Assembly: GCA_043800705.1 (NCBI GenBank)
Contig: JAZDMS010000040.1
Coordinates: 10,378-74,377 of the forward strand
Direction of reading: 5' to 3'
From: Candidatus Altiarchaeota archaeon
GTDB lineage: Archaea > Altiarchaeota > Altiarchaeia > IMC4 > SCGC-AAA252-I15
Length of the DNA: 64,000 nt
Positions 18,915 through 28,404 of the stretch are shown piece by piece. The notes under the pieces are model-generated. The model did not search any database, had not been told where the DNA came from, and saw nothing but the letters and a program-made list of their open reading frames with translations. Positions within the stretch are counted from its first letter, which is position 1, and every line of letters begins with the position of its first letter. A program made the translations under genes and the position numbers.

Positions 18915-19796
18915 ATGGCCTCCGAAGACAACCAACAAAAACTTACCCCCTTGCGGGAAACATCATCCCCCGCCTTGCCGCTGACAATGGGGCCCCTTGA
19001 GGCGACAAGCCTGTATTTCCGGGATGTCATGATGCGGATTGACTCCCTAAAGCTTAGGCATGAGGTTCTGAAGCTCGGTGAAGTCACCCACTCCCACAAG
19101 ACCTACCCCCTGTATGCGATAAAATCTGGAAGCCGTATGCCGGATGCCCCGAATGTCATAATCTGCGCGGGCATCCACGGGGATGAAAAGGCAGGGGTGC
19201 AGGCGGCGCTGGACTTCATGGAACAACACCATTCCCCATACTCCGGCAGGCTCAATTTCACCGTCATCCCCTGCATGAACCCATCGGGCTTCGAGGCAAC
19301 GACCCGGGCATCAGCGTCTGGCACCGACATAAACCGCGACTTTGGCGAATCAAGCAGAACCCAGGAGGCCACATTGGTTCGCAGGTTCATAGAGGGAGAA
19401 AGCGCGAAATTCGTCCTCGGATGCACCCTGCATGAGGATAACAGCGAACTATCAGCCGGAGGCCGCCCATTGACCGACAACCCCGATGGATTCTACCTGT
19501 ACGAGTACCGGTCTAACGCATCAGGGAGCCTTGGCAGGGGAATTCTCGCGGATCTGGAGGGAAAAGGGGTCAGCGTCTACAAGAAGCCGATGATATACTC
19601 GGAAAAAAATGACCACGGCATGGTCCTCGAGGTAGGGCCCATGGACCCCAAGAGGCCGGATTCAGCCTCATTTGAGAACTTTCTCCGAAGGTGCGCAGCC
19701 TGTGTCATAAACACCGAGACACCAACCTCGTGGTCATGGGACTCAAGGGTCAAAGCGCAAATCCTCGGGATAAAGTCGGCCTTAGACCGACAATAG
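18915..19796 (+). CDS. M14 zinc carboxypeptidase / succinylglutamate desuccinylase family protein
   Basis: AGIHGDE, MNPSG, DINRDF, LHED and ETP motifs. Confidence 0.85.
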   Translation: MASEDNQQKLTPLRETSSPALPLTMGPLEATSLYFRDVMMRIDSLKLRHEVLKLGEVTHSHKTYPLYAIKSGSRMPDAPNVIICAGIHGDEKAGVQAALDFMEQHHSPYSGRLNFTVIPCMNPSGFEATTRASASGTDINRDFGESSRTQEATLVRRFIEGESAKFVLGCTLHEDNSELSAGGRPLTDNPDGFYLYEYRSNASGSLGRGILADLEGKGVSVYKKPMIYSEKNDHGMVLEVGPMDPKRPDSASFENFLRRCAACVINTETPTSWSWDSRVKAQILGIKSALDRQ

Positions 19797-19856
19797 GGGC
19801 GCCTATACGCAGAATGAGCCTTTAATAAGAGCGTCCGCCCTAATAGGTTGGGTAAA

Positions 19857-20024
19857 ATGCCATCTTTGAAGAAGGTTAAAAGGGACGGCCTTGCAGGCGG
19901 CGCGGGCCTCATCAGGTACTTCGACGTCGACGAGGGAGGGCCCAAGCTCGACCCGAAGATGTTCCTTGGCGCGGTAGTCGCCATAATATTGTTGGAGATA
20001 CTCTCGAAGATAATCCTCTCCTGA
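19857..20024 (+). CDS. secG: Preprotein translocase subunit Sec61beta (archaeal SecG)
   Basis: 55 aa, AGLIRYFD...PKLDP followed by one TM helix; not in the ORF track. Confidence 0.85.
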   Translation: MPSLKKVKRDGLAGGAGLIRYFDVDEGGPKLDPKMFLGAVVAIILLEILSKIILS

Positions 20025-20068
20025 GGATTCTAGGCCGCCGGAAAGACGGCGGCGACGGTGATACTATT

Positions 20069-20803
20069 ATGGCTTCCGGGGGCCTTGGCGGCAAACGGGT
20101 CTGCGTAAACTGCGGCGAGATCGTCGAAGGGCAGGGCAACTGCCCGAAATGCGGATTCGAACCGAAGACTGTAAAGACATTCGAACGGACCAAGACAGCA
20201 GCCCCGAAACCCCCAGAAATCGAGGGGCCAATAGAGGGGCAAAAAACCGAAACCGCCCCTGCACTCTCGCCGGAGGAGGCGATCATGCAGGCCTCGAAGG
20301 AGGCGAGCGAATACCGCCAGACGCCGAAGCCTGCCAGCAAACCCGACATCAGGGTCGTAGCATTGGCGGGCAGCCTCGTAATCCTGCTGGCGCTCATCGG
20401 CCTCGTGTTCATGACATTCTCGGGAGGACTGAACCTAGACCTTTTAGGAACTACTACTACGACTACGGCGTCATCAACCTCCACTACGTCGACGTCCTCG
20501 ACTTCCACGACCACTTCCTCAACCACGTCGACGACCACATCGTCGACGACCACGTCGACGACCACTACGATGATGTCCTTCCCCTGCTCCGTCAACATGG
20601 ACTGCGGCAACGTGACCGAGGAGAGGATATGCCACCAGGGCGATGTCTACCTGAACCGGAGGACTCCGATATGCCAGCACCCCGCGACTCCGTACGCGGT
20701 CTGCATAGAGAAGAACACGCTCGCCCGCTCGCCTGTTCAGGCGTGCAACAACGGATGCAAGGACGGGGAATGCCTGTCTATGTGGGTGAAACCTGGAGTT
20801 TAG
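20069..20803 (+). CDS. Membrane-anchored protein with Zn ribbon, Thr/Ser linker and Cys-rich domain
   Basis: CVNC..CPKC, one TM helix, long T/S tract, C-terminal CNNGCKDGEC. Confidence 0.75.
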   Translation: MASGGLGGKRVCVNCGEIVEGQGNCPKCGFEPKTVKTFERTKTAAPKPPEIEGPIEGQKTETAPALSPEEAIMQASKEASEYRQTPKPASKPDIRVVALAGSLVILLALIGLVFMTFSGGLNLDLLGTTTTTTASSTSTTSTSSTSTTTSSTTSTTTSSTTTSTTTTMMSFPCSVNMDCGNVTEERICHQGDVYLNRRTPICQHPATPYAVCIEKNTLARSPVQACNNGCKDGECLSMWVKPGV

Positions 20804-21076
20804 GTGGCGGACATCCGGAAGTGGCTTCTTGGATCGACGCGCAGGTGGCTCCGGCGCGGTTCTCGCCCCCGCACCCCCACAAGCACAGTCCACTGAAGTT
20901 ATGGCTGCTGCCTTCCGGCCCTGACCAGATTCCTAAAATAGACCATCCAGTGAGACGAAGGCTCACGGTTCCGCACCGGACCCGCACGGCAACCCAAGAC
21001 TCGCCTCCCGGCATTCAGCCCCGCCTAAGACGATTTGCGGCAACAGGCTACGCCTACCAGCCCGGCCTAGTCCACC
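20803..21076 (-). ncRNA. ffs: Signal recognition particle RNA (7S RNA)
   Basis: Minus strand begins GGTGGACTAGGCCGGG, contains helix-8 motif GGTCAGGGCCGGAAGGCAGCAGCC, and 5' GGTGGAC pairs with 3' GTCCGCC. Confidence 0.9.
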
Positions 21077-21151
21077 GGTCAATGTATACGCAAAATCAGA
21101 TTAAAAAACCAACCTCTCTCGCTCTTATACCTGGAAAATAATTTTTGTATT

Positions 21152-22546
21152 ATGTCCCCCATTATTCGTGTTCTCTTCGGCAAATCGAAAGGAAGATTTT
21201 TTCTGTTCATGCTATCCCTGCTGTCTGCTTTTATCGTTGTCGGCCAAGCGTCAGCCACCGAAGTCATTGTTGTCGGCAGGGAGCCGGCCACCAAGGTCAT
21301 TCTTGTCGGCGGGGCGTCAGACAGGGAGCTTAAGGACTGCTGGGATAGCGGATACGCGCCCGAAAGGGTCTCATGCTATGCGAGGTATGCTTTCGAAATG
21401 GACGATCCCGGAATATGCGATCAAAGCCCCTATCATAGGTTTGACCGGGATCCATGTTTTAAGCTCTTAACAACGTCCTTGAAAAACAACACTCCGTGCG
21501 CAAGCATGAGGCGCGGGAATTCCCAAGCATTGTGCTATCGGATCATGTCCGTCTCAGACGACGGCGCACTCGCAGCATCGGTCCTCGGCAATTTCTCGGC
21601 CCCTGAAGACTGCGGTGTAGATTGCATGTCCCGCATCGCCGTTTTGATGCAAATGCCGGAAATCTGCAATACGATGATGTTCAGTCGCGATTCCTGTTTT
21701 GCTGAAGTCGCGATTAGGCTAAACGATTCTGGCGTGTGCGAAAGGATGCTAGGAAACAGGGGTCGTTGCTATTCCGCGATGGCTATGAGGCTCGGTAACA
21801 TTTCATTCTGCGACAAGATTGAAACGCCTGACCTAAGGCTCGGCTGCCAGATTGAAATGGCTGTGTGGGCCGGTGACGCGTCAATCTGCCCTAAGGTCGC
21901 TGGCATTAACGTCTCCCGCGGCGACGAATGCTTCATGAAGCTTGCATTGGGGCTGGGGGACGCCTCCTTATGCGGTAACATATCCTTACATCCCGGGGGA
22001 AAATTCCTTAAGAATGATGCTAGCAGGGACAACTGCTTCGAGGAGGTTGCCTTGAGGCTGAGGAACGAATCCGTCTGCAAGAACATCGAAGGCGAGAAAG
22101 ATTGGTGCATTGCAAGAATAGCAAAGGACTATGCCATGTGCGAGAATTTAGAGGGCCCATGCCAGGTATACGTCTGCATGTCCCGTTTGGATGGGGTGAA
22201 AATATCCAATCCGGCTCCCAGCGATTGCGAGATCTATCGCACCCCCCGGGCCATAGTCACCGTAACCTACAACATCAGGATTTTATTACTGGTCATAAGC
22301 ATATTCGTAGCGGCTCTATATTGTCTTGCACAAACCGCGAAAGAGTTGATTTCGTCCCGGAAGGCGGATAGAAGACCGGATATCAAAGCCTTGGCAAAGA
22401 AAATGATCCTGTTCGTCCTGATTTTGGCGGCATTAAACATCCTCGCCTATGCCTACGTATCCATCTATCTCGCATATGAGCCTCCGACGACCGCCGCCGC
22501 AAAATTCAGCGAAATGAAATTTTTTATGGAGGGAGGAGCAATTTGA
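21152..22546 (+). CDS. Cys-repeat surface/membrane protein
   Basis: Signal peptide, repeated D/N-x3-C...RDxC units, two C-terminal TM helices. Confidence 0.75.
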   Translation: MSPIIRVLFGKSKGRFFLFMLSLLSAFIVVGQASATEVIVVGREPATKVILVGGASDRELKDCWDSGYAPERVSCYARYAFEMDDPGICDQSPYHRFDRDPCFKLLTTSLKNNTPCASMRRGNSQALCYRIMSVSDDGALAASVLGNFSAPEDCGVDCMSRIAVLMQMPEICNTMMFSRDSCFAEVAIRLNDSGVCERMLGNRGRCYSAMAMRLGNISFCDKIETPDLRLGCQIEMAVWAGDASICPKVAGINVSRGDECFMKLALGLGDASLCGNISLHPGGKFLKNDASRDNCFEEVALRLRNESVCKNIEGEKDWCIARIAKDYAMCENLEGPCQVYVCMSRLDGVKISNPAPSDCEIYRTPRAIVTVTYNIRILLLVISIFVAALYCLAQTAKELISSRKADRRPDIKALAKKMILFVLILAALNILAYAYVSIYLAYEPPTTAAAKFSEMKFFMEGGAI

Positions 22547-22572
22547 CTGATACCACGGACGAGACAAAGCGT

Positions 22573-22642
22573 CCTCCCGGCACTCAGCCCCGCCTAAGAC
22601 GATTTGCGGCGGCAGGCTGCGCCTGCCAGCCCGGCCTAGTCC
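22573..22642 (-). repeat. Diverged copy of the SRP RNA 5' end
   Basis: 65/70 nt identical to 21004-21073. Confidence 0.9.
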
Positions 22643-22664
22643 GCTCAGAAAATATGCTGGGCTT

Positions 22665-23183
22665 CTATTTCAGGGCTTCGAAGGCTTCCTTCACCCTCGG
22701 GCTGTTGGACAGCCTCACTATGGCCGACTGTCCCTCCATATCCTTCTTGGGATCGTAAGGATCGATGTAGCCGTTCATCAAGCCCTCATCCCCGTTACCG
22801 ATCATGAACTTGACCAAAAGGGACCGGGCCCTCATATACCCTGTTCCGCTCCTTTGCCCCCTTAGCGTATCAAGGGTGGCCGCATCTTCTGAGGTGGCTT
22901 TCATCCTTCTGTTTAACTCGTCAACCTCATTCCTGGCAGCAAGATATCGCGCCTTATCCTCTGCCGAAACCTCAGGAGCGATGTTCCGATCAAGTATGAC
23001 GGCCTTCGCCTCCTCGGCCCGCCCCCCCAAAACAAGGCAAATTGCTTTGACCATCCTGGCCTCGTCACCCCTGAATGCCGGCTTCTGTGCTGACTTCGCA
23101 TCAGAGGCTTGAAGAAGCTCGTCAACTTGCGGAATCATCGGGATAACTTTCCGCTCAGGCCCTCTCTGTAATTCTCCCATCAT
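22665..23183 (-). CDS. Hypothetical protein
   Basis: 172-aa ORF with coiled-coil-like middle. Confidence 0.55.
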   Translation of the reverse strand: MMGELQRGPERKVIPMIPQVDELLQASDAKSAQKPAFRGDEARMVKAICLVLGGRAEEAKAVILDRNIAPEVSAEDKARYLAARNEVDELNRRMKATSEDAATLDTLRGQRSGTGYMRARSLLVKFMIGNGDEGLMNGYIDPYDPKKDMEGQSAIVRLSNSPRVKEAFEALK

Positions 23184-23338
23184 ATTATACTACTAGGCGT
23201 ACCCTTTTTTAATACGCTGTAGAGTGGCTGTGTCTCTTACGTTTATTGCTGGAACCAGAGTCTTGCCAGCAGACTTCTGAAGATTCTTCCCTTATGACGT
23301 TGGATTTAAAAGGCCCCACACAATAGGTTACGGACATC

Positions 23339-24418
23339 ATGGATTCTATCGTTAATGCTGGCATCGAGCACGGCGTCCTGGAGAAGCGTCTCTATGACGA
23401 ATTCGAGGATGCGGACCACCTCAGGATCGTCGTCTGCGGCGTCGGCGGCGGGGGGAACAACACAGTCAACCGTCTCAAACGCATCGGCATCGGCGGAGCC
23501 GACCTGGTAGCGGTCAACACAGACAAGCAGGACCTCCAAAAACTCAACCCGGAAATCACAAAGATACTGATAGGCGCGAAGCTGATGCGGGGCCTCGGCG
23601 CAGGCGGATTCCCGGAACTGGGGGCCAAAGCCGCGGAATCAAGCAAAGCCGAGCTCACGGACGTCCTGGCAGGCACGCACCTCATGTTCGTCGTCGCCGG
23701 CATGGGCGGAGGCACAGGGACCGGAGCGGCTCCGATAATCGCGGAGATAGGGAAGGGCATCGGAGCGATCGTGGTCGCGATAGTCACCTTCCCATTCAAG
23801 CTCGAGAGGGCCAGGCTCATAAAGGCGCGAGAGGGGATCGATGCGCTCAGGAAGGTCGCGGACACCGTCATCGTCGTCGACAACAACAAGCTCGTCGAAT
23901 ACGTCCCGAACCTGCCCTTGGACAAGGCGTTCAGCGTCGCAGACGAGATAGTCGCAAGGGCGGTGAAGGGCGTGACCGAGGCGATAATGGAGCCGAGCCT
24001 CATAAACATAGACTTCGCAGACCTCAAATCCATCATGGTAGGCGGGTCCGTGGCGGTCATAAGCGTCGGAGAGGCCGAAGGCGGGCAGGACAAGGTCGAG
24101 GCCGCTGTGAGAAACACCCTAGAGCATCCGCTATTGGACGTCGACTCCCGCGGGGCCACCGGCGCCCTCATACACGTCACCGGCGGCGAGGGGCTCACCC
24201 TCGGCGAAGCCAACAAGGTCGGCGAGCTTCTGACGAAGGAGTTCGACCCGAAGGCAACCGTCATATGGGGCGCGAGGGTGGACCCGAAGATGGGGGAGAA
24301 GATAGAGGTCATAGCCATCGTCACCGGGGTGCACAGCCCCAACTTGGTCGGCCAGAACGCGACATCGGAATTCAGCACCCCGGAGGAGCCGATAAACTGG
24401 GAAGTAAAAGACGGGTGA
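23339..24418 (+). CDS. ftsZ: Cell division protein FtsZ
   Basis: GVGGGGNN, VNTD, GLGAGG, GMGGGTGTG and NIDFADL motifs. Confidence 0.97.
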   Translation: MDSIVNAGIEHGVLEKRLYDEFEDADHLRIVVCGVGGGGNNTVNRLKRIGIGGADLVAVNTDKQDLQKLNPEITKILIGAKLMRGLGAGGFPELGAKAAESSKAELTDVLAGTHLMFVVAGMGGGTGTGAAPIIAEIGKGIGAIVVAIVTFPFKLERARLIKAREGIDALRKVADTVIVVDNNKLVEYVPNLPLDKAFSVADEIVARAVKGVTEAIMEPSLINIDFADLKSIMVGGSVAVISVGEAEGGQDKVEAAVRNTLEHPLLDVDSRGATGALIHVTGGEGLTLGEANKVGELLTKEFDPKATVIWGARVDPKMGEKIEVIAIVTGVHSPNLVGQNATSEFSTPEEPINWEVKDG

Positions 24419-24421
24419 GGG

Positions 24422-25630
24422 TCAATCCCCCCTCAATAGCCCCATGAGCCTGTACGATTCGACGGCCTTCTTCGGGCTCCTCTTCCTGATCTCCCGCTCC
24501 GTGAACGCGCAAGCGCCCACAGATTCCTTCGTCGAATCATATATCGCGTAGGGTATCGGCTCCTTAGTGTGCGTCCTGATTTCGATGGGTGTGGCGTGGT
24601 CCGGCAAAAGGAGCATCCTGAAGTCGCAGCCCATCCTGCCGAGGATCTCGCCCACGACATTCCTGTCGATGTCCTCGATGGCCCTGATCTTGTGCTCTAT
24701 GCTGCCTTCATGGCCCGCCTCGTCGGTGCTCTCGATATGTACATATGTGAAGTCCACCCTTTTCAGGCTGTCCAAGGCGGCGTCGGCCTTGCCGATATAA
24801 TTAGTGTCAATATAGCCTGTCGCTCCTTTGACGTCCAGCACATCCAAGCCGATGGTCTTGCCAATCCCCTTCAAGAGGTCGACGGCGGAGACAAGCGAGC
24901 CTTTCATCCCGAATTTCTCCTCAAAAGACGGAAGGTCGGGCCTGGTACCCGCGCCCCAGAACCAGACGCTGTTGGCGACGTTCTTGCCACGCGCCTTCCT
25001 CCCCCCATTCACGGGATGATCCTCAAGGACGGAAGCCGAATCGACGATGAGCCTGTTCAGGAGCCTTGCAGTCTCCTCACCCCTCTTCGAAGTCGCCTTG
25101 ACCATGTTCCTTGAAACCAGGCCTCCGACGATGTCGTGGGGGGGCTTCGTGGAGATCCTATCCGAAGGCCTCAGGCGCTTCCTTATGACAAGGAGGTTCC
25201 TGTAGCTGACGCCTGGATAGAACTCCAAACCCGCGACCCCAAGCCTCTCCTTCAATGCCTCGATAAGCTCCGAACCCTCCTGCCTGGATATGTGCCCCGC
25301 GGTGAAATCCTTGATCCTGCCATCCGCTACGGTTATCAGGTTGCACCTGAGCGCCAGGTCCCCGTCCTCCAAGACGACTCCCAAGTTCGCTGCCTCGAGC
25401 GGTGATCGGCCTGTGAAGTATTTTCTCGGATCGTAGCCGAGTATCCCCATGTTCGCGATGCTCGAGTCATACGGCAGCCCGGAATAGAAGGTCTTGGCCA
25501 TGCCGCATGCGCCGCCCCTGGCGACTGCGTCCATGTTCGGGGTCTTTGCAGCCTCAAGGGGCGTCCTGCCGCCAAGCTCCTTCAGGGGCCTGTCTGCCAT
25601 CCCGTCCGGAACAACGATCACATACTTCAT
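24422..25630 (-). CDS. apgM: Cofactor-independent phosphoglycerate mutase (archaeal type)
   Basis: DGMAD, TPLEAA.TPNMD, TGRSPLEA, DEAGH, PDHATP and HT motifs. Confidence 0.9.
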   Translation of the reverse strand: MKYVIVVPDGMADRPLKELGGRTPLEAAKTPNMDAVARGGACGMAKTFYSGLPYDSSIANMGILGYDPRKYFTGRSPLEAANLGVVLEDGDLALRCNLITVADGRIKDFTAGHISRQEGSELIEALKERLGVAGLEFYPGVSYRNLLVIRKRLRPSDRISTKPPHDIVGGLVSRNMVKATSKRGEETARLLNRLIVDSASVLEDHPVNGGRKARGKNVANSVWFWGAGTRPDLPSFEEKFGMKGSLVSAVDLLKGIGKTIGLDVLDVKGATGYIDTNYIGKADAALDSLKRVDFTYVHIESTDEAGHEGSIEHKIRAIEDIDRNVVGEILGRMGCDFRMLLLPDHATPIEIRTHTKEPIPYAIYDSTKESVGACAFTEREIRKRSPKKAVESYRLMGLLRGD

Positions 25631-25669
25631 GCATCTGTGTTATTATCCGCTGCGTAAATAAATTATGCC

Positions 25670-26125
25670 ATGGCATTCACGGTCAGAGCCTACGAGCACA
25701 GGGACGCAGACGGAATACTGCGGCTCTACCGGCTCGCAGGCTCATGGTTCGAAGACGTGGAAGTCACCAGAGACTTCATAGTAGCCTCCTCGGAGAGGCC
25801 TGATTTCAGGTTTCAGGTCGCGGAAGACGGGAAAAGCATGGTCGGCTTCATCGGCGCCCTATACTTCAAGGCAGTCGGAAGGGCGGAACTGGGGCCGATC
25901 GCGGTCGATGAATCCATACGGTGCATAGGCGTCGGCTCGGCGCTCGTGGCTTCGATGATGCGGTTCCTTTCGGTGGAGGGGATACGGCGCGTAACCGTCA
26001 AGGTCAAGTCCGAAAACAAGGCGGCTATCGGTTTTTTCATCGGCAAGGGGTTCAGCCATGACGCGTATCTGCGCAGGTATACGCTCAAAGGCGAGGATGT
26101 TGTGGAGTTGACCGCATCCCTCTGA
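25670..26125 (+). CDS. GNAT family N-acetyltransferase
   Basis: IAVDESIRCIGVGSAL acetyl-CoA motif; N.AAIGFF...GF. Confidence 0.85.
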   Translation: MAFTVRAYEHRDADGILRLYRLAGSWFEDVEVTRDFIVASSERPDFRFQVAEDGKSMVGFIGALYFKAVGRAELGPIAVDESIRCIGVGSALVASMMRFLSVEGIRRVTVKVKSENKAAIGFFIGKGFSHDAYLRRYTLKGEDVVELTASL

Positions 26126-26234
26126 TTGGGGGAACCACCTGCTCCAGGGTGGTCGTTTATATATTCCCCCGCCTTATAGTCAAATGGGGCGGCTGACTGG
26201 TGTCATATCAAAAGCAAAATACGACGAAAAGCGG

Positions 26235-28340
26235 ATGATGATGGACAACAAAGCCAAGATAACCCTCCTATTGCTGGCATTTTCGTTCATGTGCCCCCTT
26301 GCGGGCGCGGTCGAGATAACCAGCATCAAAATCTCGGAAGACCCCGTATCCTATCTCGGTAAATTCGACGTCACAGCCCGGCTCAGCGGGTTGTCCGGCA
26401 CCGAATGCAACCTGATCGCGGAATTCTACGTCGACGACTTCCGCTTCGACACCCTCAACATCCCCTGCGGCGCAAACGAGATAGAGGGCAGATTCGACCT
26501 CTCAGCCGATGACTGGGTTGCGAAGAACGTCCAATGCGGCGTACGCCAGGCGAGGGTCGAGCTCCACAGGCCCATCGGAAACGCCCTAGTCACCAATAAA
26601 ACCGTCGAAATAAACATCGGTAACGTCCCCAACGTCGAATTGAACCCCTCCCAACCAACCGCTGAGAAGGAGGTCCGGGTCATTCTGACAGACAAGGATA
26701 CAGGAGACCCCCTCCAAGGCGTCGACGTCAGGGTCAAGGACATCTATGGCGGGGAAGACATATCACGTAGGACTATACAGGACGGCTCGTTCATGTTCAC
26801 CCCCAAGGTCGCAGGCGAATATCACCTGACCATGTCCAACCGGCTTATCTGCGGCGAAATGGTCATATACGCGAAGCGGCCGCTCATGATAGACGGCCCA
26901 AGGCCGGATAATCCAGTCATCAACGAGATGGTCATGGTGGCTGTCCCATCCGGCGCCAGCGTCGGCGTCAAGATACTCGACGCCAAAGGGAATCTGTTCA
27001 GGATAGTTCCAGTAACATTCAACGGCGGCGCCAACTTCTCGATCAGCCAGCCCGGGACATACACCCTAGTAGTAGGCGACCAGAGCACAAAATACTGGCC
27101 CCTAAACCGGACATTCGTCGTCTCAGACCGCCTCATCCCGGAGGTGAAGATCGCACCCGAACAGCCGGTCGTCGGAAAAACCGCCACCATAACCGTGACC
27201 TCGAGGGGTGAACCGCTGTCCGGAGCCGTCGTGACCGTGAAGCGCCCCGACGGGGTCGACAGGGACTATACCACGTCCGACTACGGAACCATCAACTACG
27301 AAAACGTCCCCTCCACCGGGACCTACCCCATGAAGGTCACGAAGGACAGGTTCGGAGTAGGCTCCGCCTCCTTCGAGGCGAAACATGCATTAAACGTCAA
27401 ATTCGAACCCCTGAGCCCGACAGTCAAAGACACCATAACGATCATAGTCAATGACCAGAACGACAAGCCAGTCAGCGACGTCCTCGTGGAGATACCCGAC
27501 ACCGGATTCAAACGCATCACTGACATGGCAGGCAAGGTCAGCTTCAACCTCCAGGAGGCGAGGGAATACCGGATAAAGCTGACGAAGGACCTCTTCTGGG
27601 ACTATACGGCTCAGCTGACCCCGTACGGGCTGCTCACCTTCGGGCAGTGCCTGAGCGAATTCGAACTCGGCAACAGCGTCGAGCTCAAGGTCTTCGACAC
27701 CTTCAACAATCCCGCGTCCGCAGAATTGACCGTCCGAGACCCGGACGGCATAATCAAACCATACAGCGGCTCCAGCCAAACACTGACGCCCGACAAACCC
27801 GGCCAATACCTGGTCACAGCCAGCAAGACGAACTACATAAACTCGAACCTCACCTTCACCGTGACCCCCCACCCGCTCGATATAAACACTACTATGGCAA
27901 AGGGGCAGCTCACCGTACAGGTAAAGAGCAAAGGCCAGCCGGTGTCTCAGATGGCAGTGTCCGTGATAAAGGGGCAGGAGACATTCAACGGCACCACGAA
28001 CGAGGCGGGAGCCGCGGTATTCAGCATAAACCGCGAAGGAAACGTCTCCATCACGGCGAACCTGGGAAAATTAAACCGGAACTATGGGGAACTAACCGTG
28101 CGGCAGATCATCGTCAGGTCATACGACCTCATACTGCTGACCACACCCCTCATCATCATATTCGCGATAACCCTCATGACCATCATCGCCATACAGCTCG
28201 GCCGCATGTACCTCGGCAGCGAATGGAAGATGCCCTCTTTCGGCTCAGGCGGCGTCGGATCGCACAAGGGCCGGACGAAACACGATTCCACCCTCCTTGG
28301 CGACAAGAAGCCCCACAAGTCCCGGCTCTCGAAGATGTGA
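26235..28340 (+). CDS. Large surface protein with tandem Ig-like beta-sandwich domains
   Basis: Signal peptide, repeated T..G / G.Y...ASK motifs, C-terminal TM helix. Confidence 0.8.
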   Translation: MMMDNKAKITLLLLAFSFMCPLAGAVEITSIKISEDPVSYLGKFDVTARLSGLSGTECNLIAEFYVDDFRFDTLNIPCGANEIEGRFDLSADDWVAKNVQCGVRQARVELHRPIGNALVTNKTVEINIGNVPNVELNPSQPTAEKEVRVILTDKDTGDPLQGVDVRVKDIYGGEDISRRTIQDGSFMFTPKVAGEYHLTMSNRLICGEMVIYAKRPLMIDGPRPDNPVINEMVMVAVPSGASVGVKILDAKGNLFRIVPVTFNGGANFSISQPGTYTLVVGDQSTKYWPLNRTFVVSDRLIPEVKIAPEQPVVGKTATITVTSRGEPLSGAVVTVKRPDGVDRDYTTSDYGTINYENVPSTGTYPMKVTKDRFGVGSASFEAKHALNVKFEPLSPTVKDTITIIVNDQNDKPVSDVLVEIPDTGFKRITDMAGKVSFNLQEAREYRIKLTKDLFWDYTAQLTPYGLLTFGQCLSEFELGNSVELKVFDTFNNPASAELTVRDPDGIIKPYSGSSQTLTPDKPGQYLVTASKTNYINSNLTFTVTPHPLDINTTMAKGQLTVQVKSKGQPVSQMAVSVIKGQETFNGTTNEAGAAVFSINREGNVSITANLGKLNRNYGELTVRQIIVRSYDLILLTTPLIIIFAITLMTIIAIQLGRMYLGSEWKMPSFGSGGVGSHKGRTKHDSTLLGDKKPHKSRLSKM

Positions 28341-28404
28341 TGTTTTTTAAGGCCCATAATCAATATATATCGGGGAACGGTTGGCTAAAGTAGGTGTTCC
28401 CAAT

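Noticed and set aside
20150-20170. GGATTCGAACC tRNA T-arm-like motif
   Set aside because: It lies inside a CDS (CGFEP) and no cloverleaf forms around it
20450-20570. ACG/TCG-rich low-complexity tract as a DNA repeat element (also 42640-42770)
   Set aside because: It encodes Thr/Ser linkers of surface proteins
23392-24378. Long antisense or alternate-frame ORFs (also 9913..11037, 35263..36180, 62461..63555)
   Set aside because: Shadow frames of high-GC core genes such as ftsZ, guaA, GH57 and ppdK; no independent motifs
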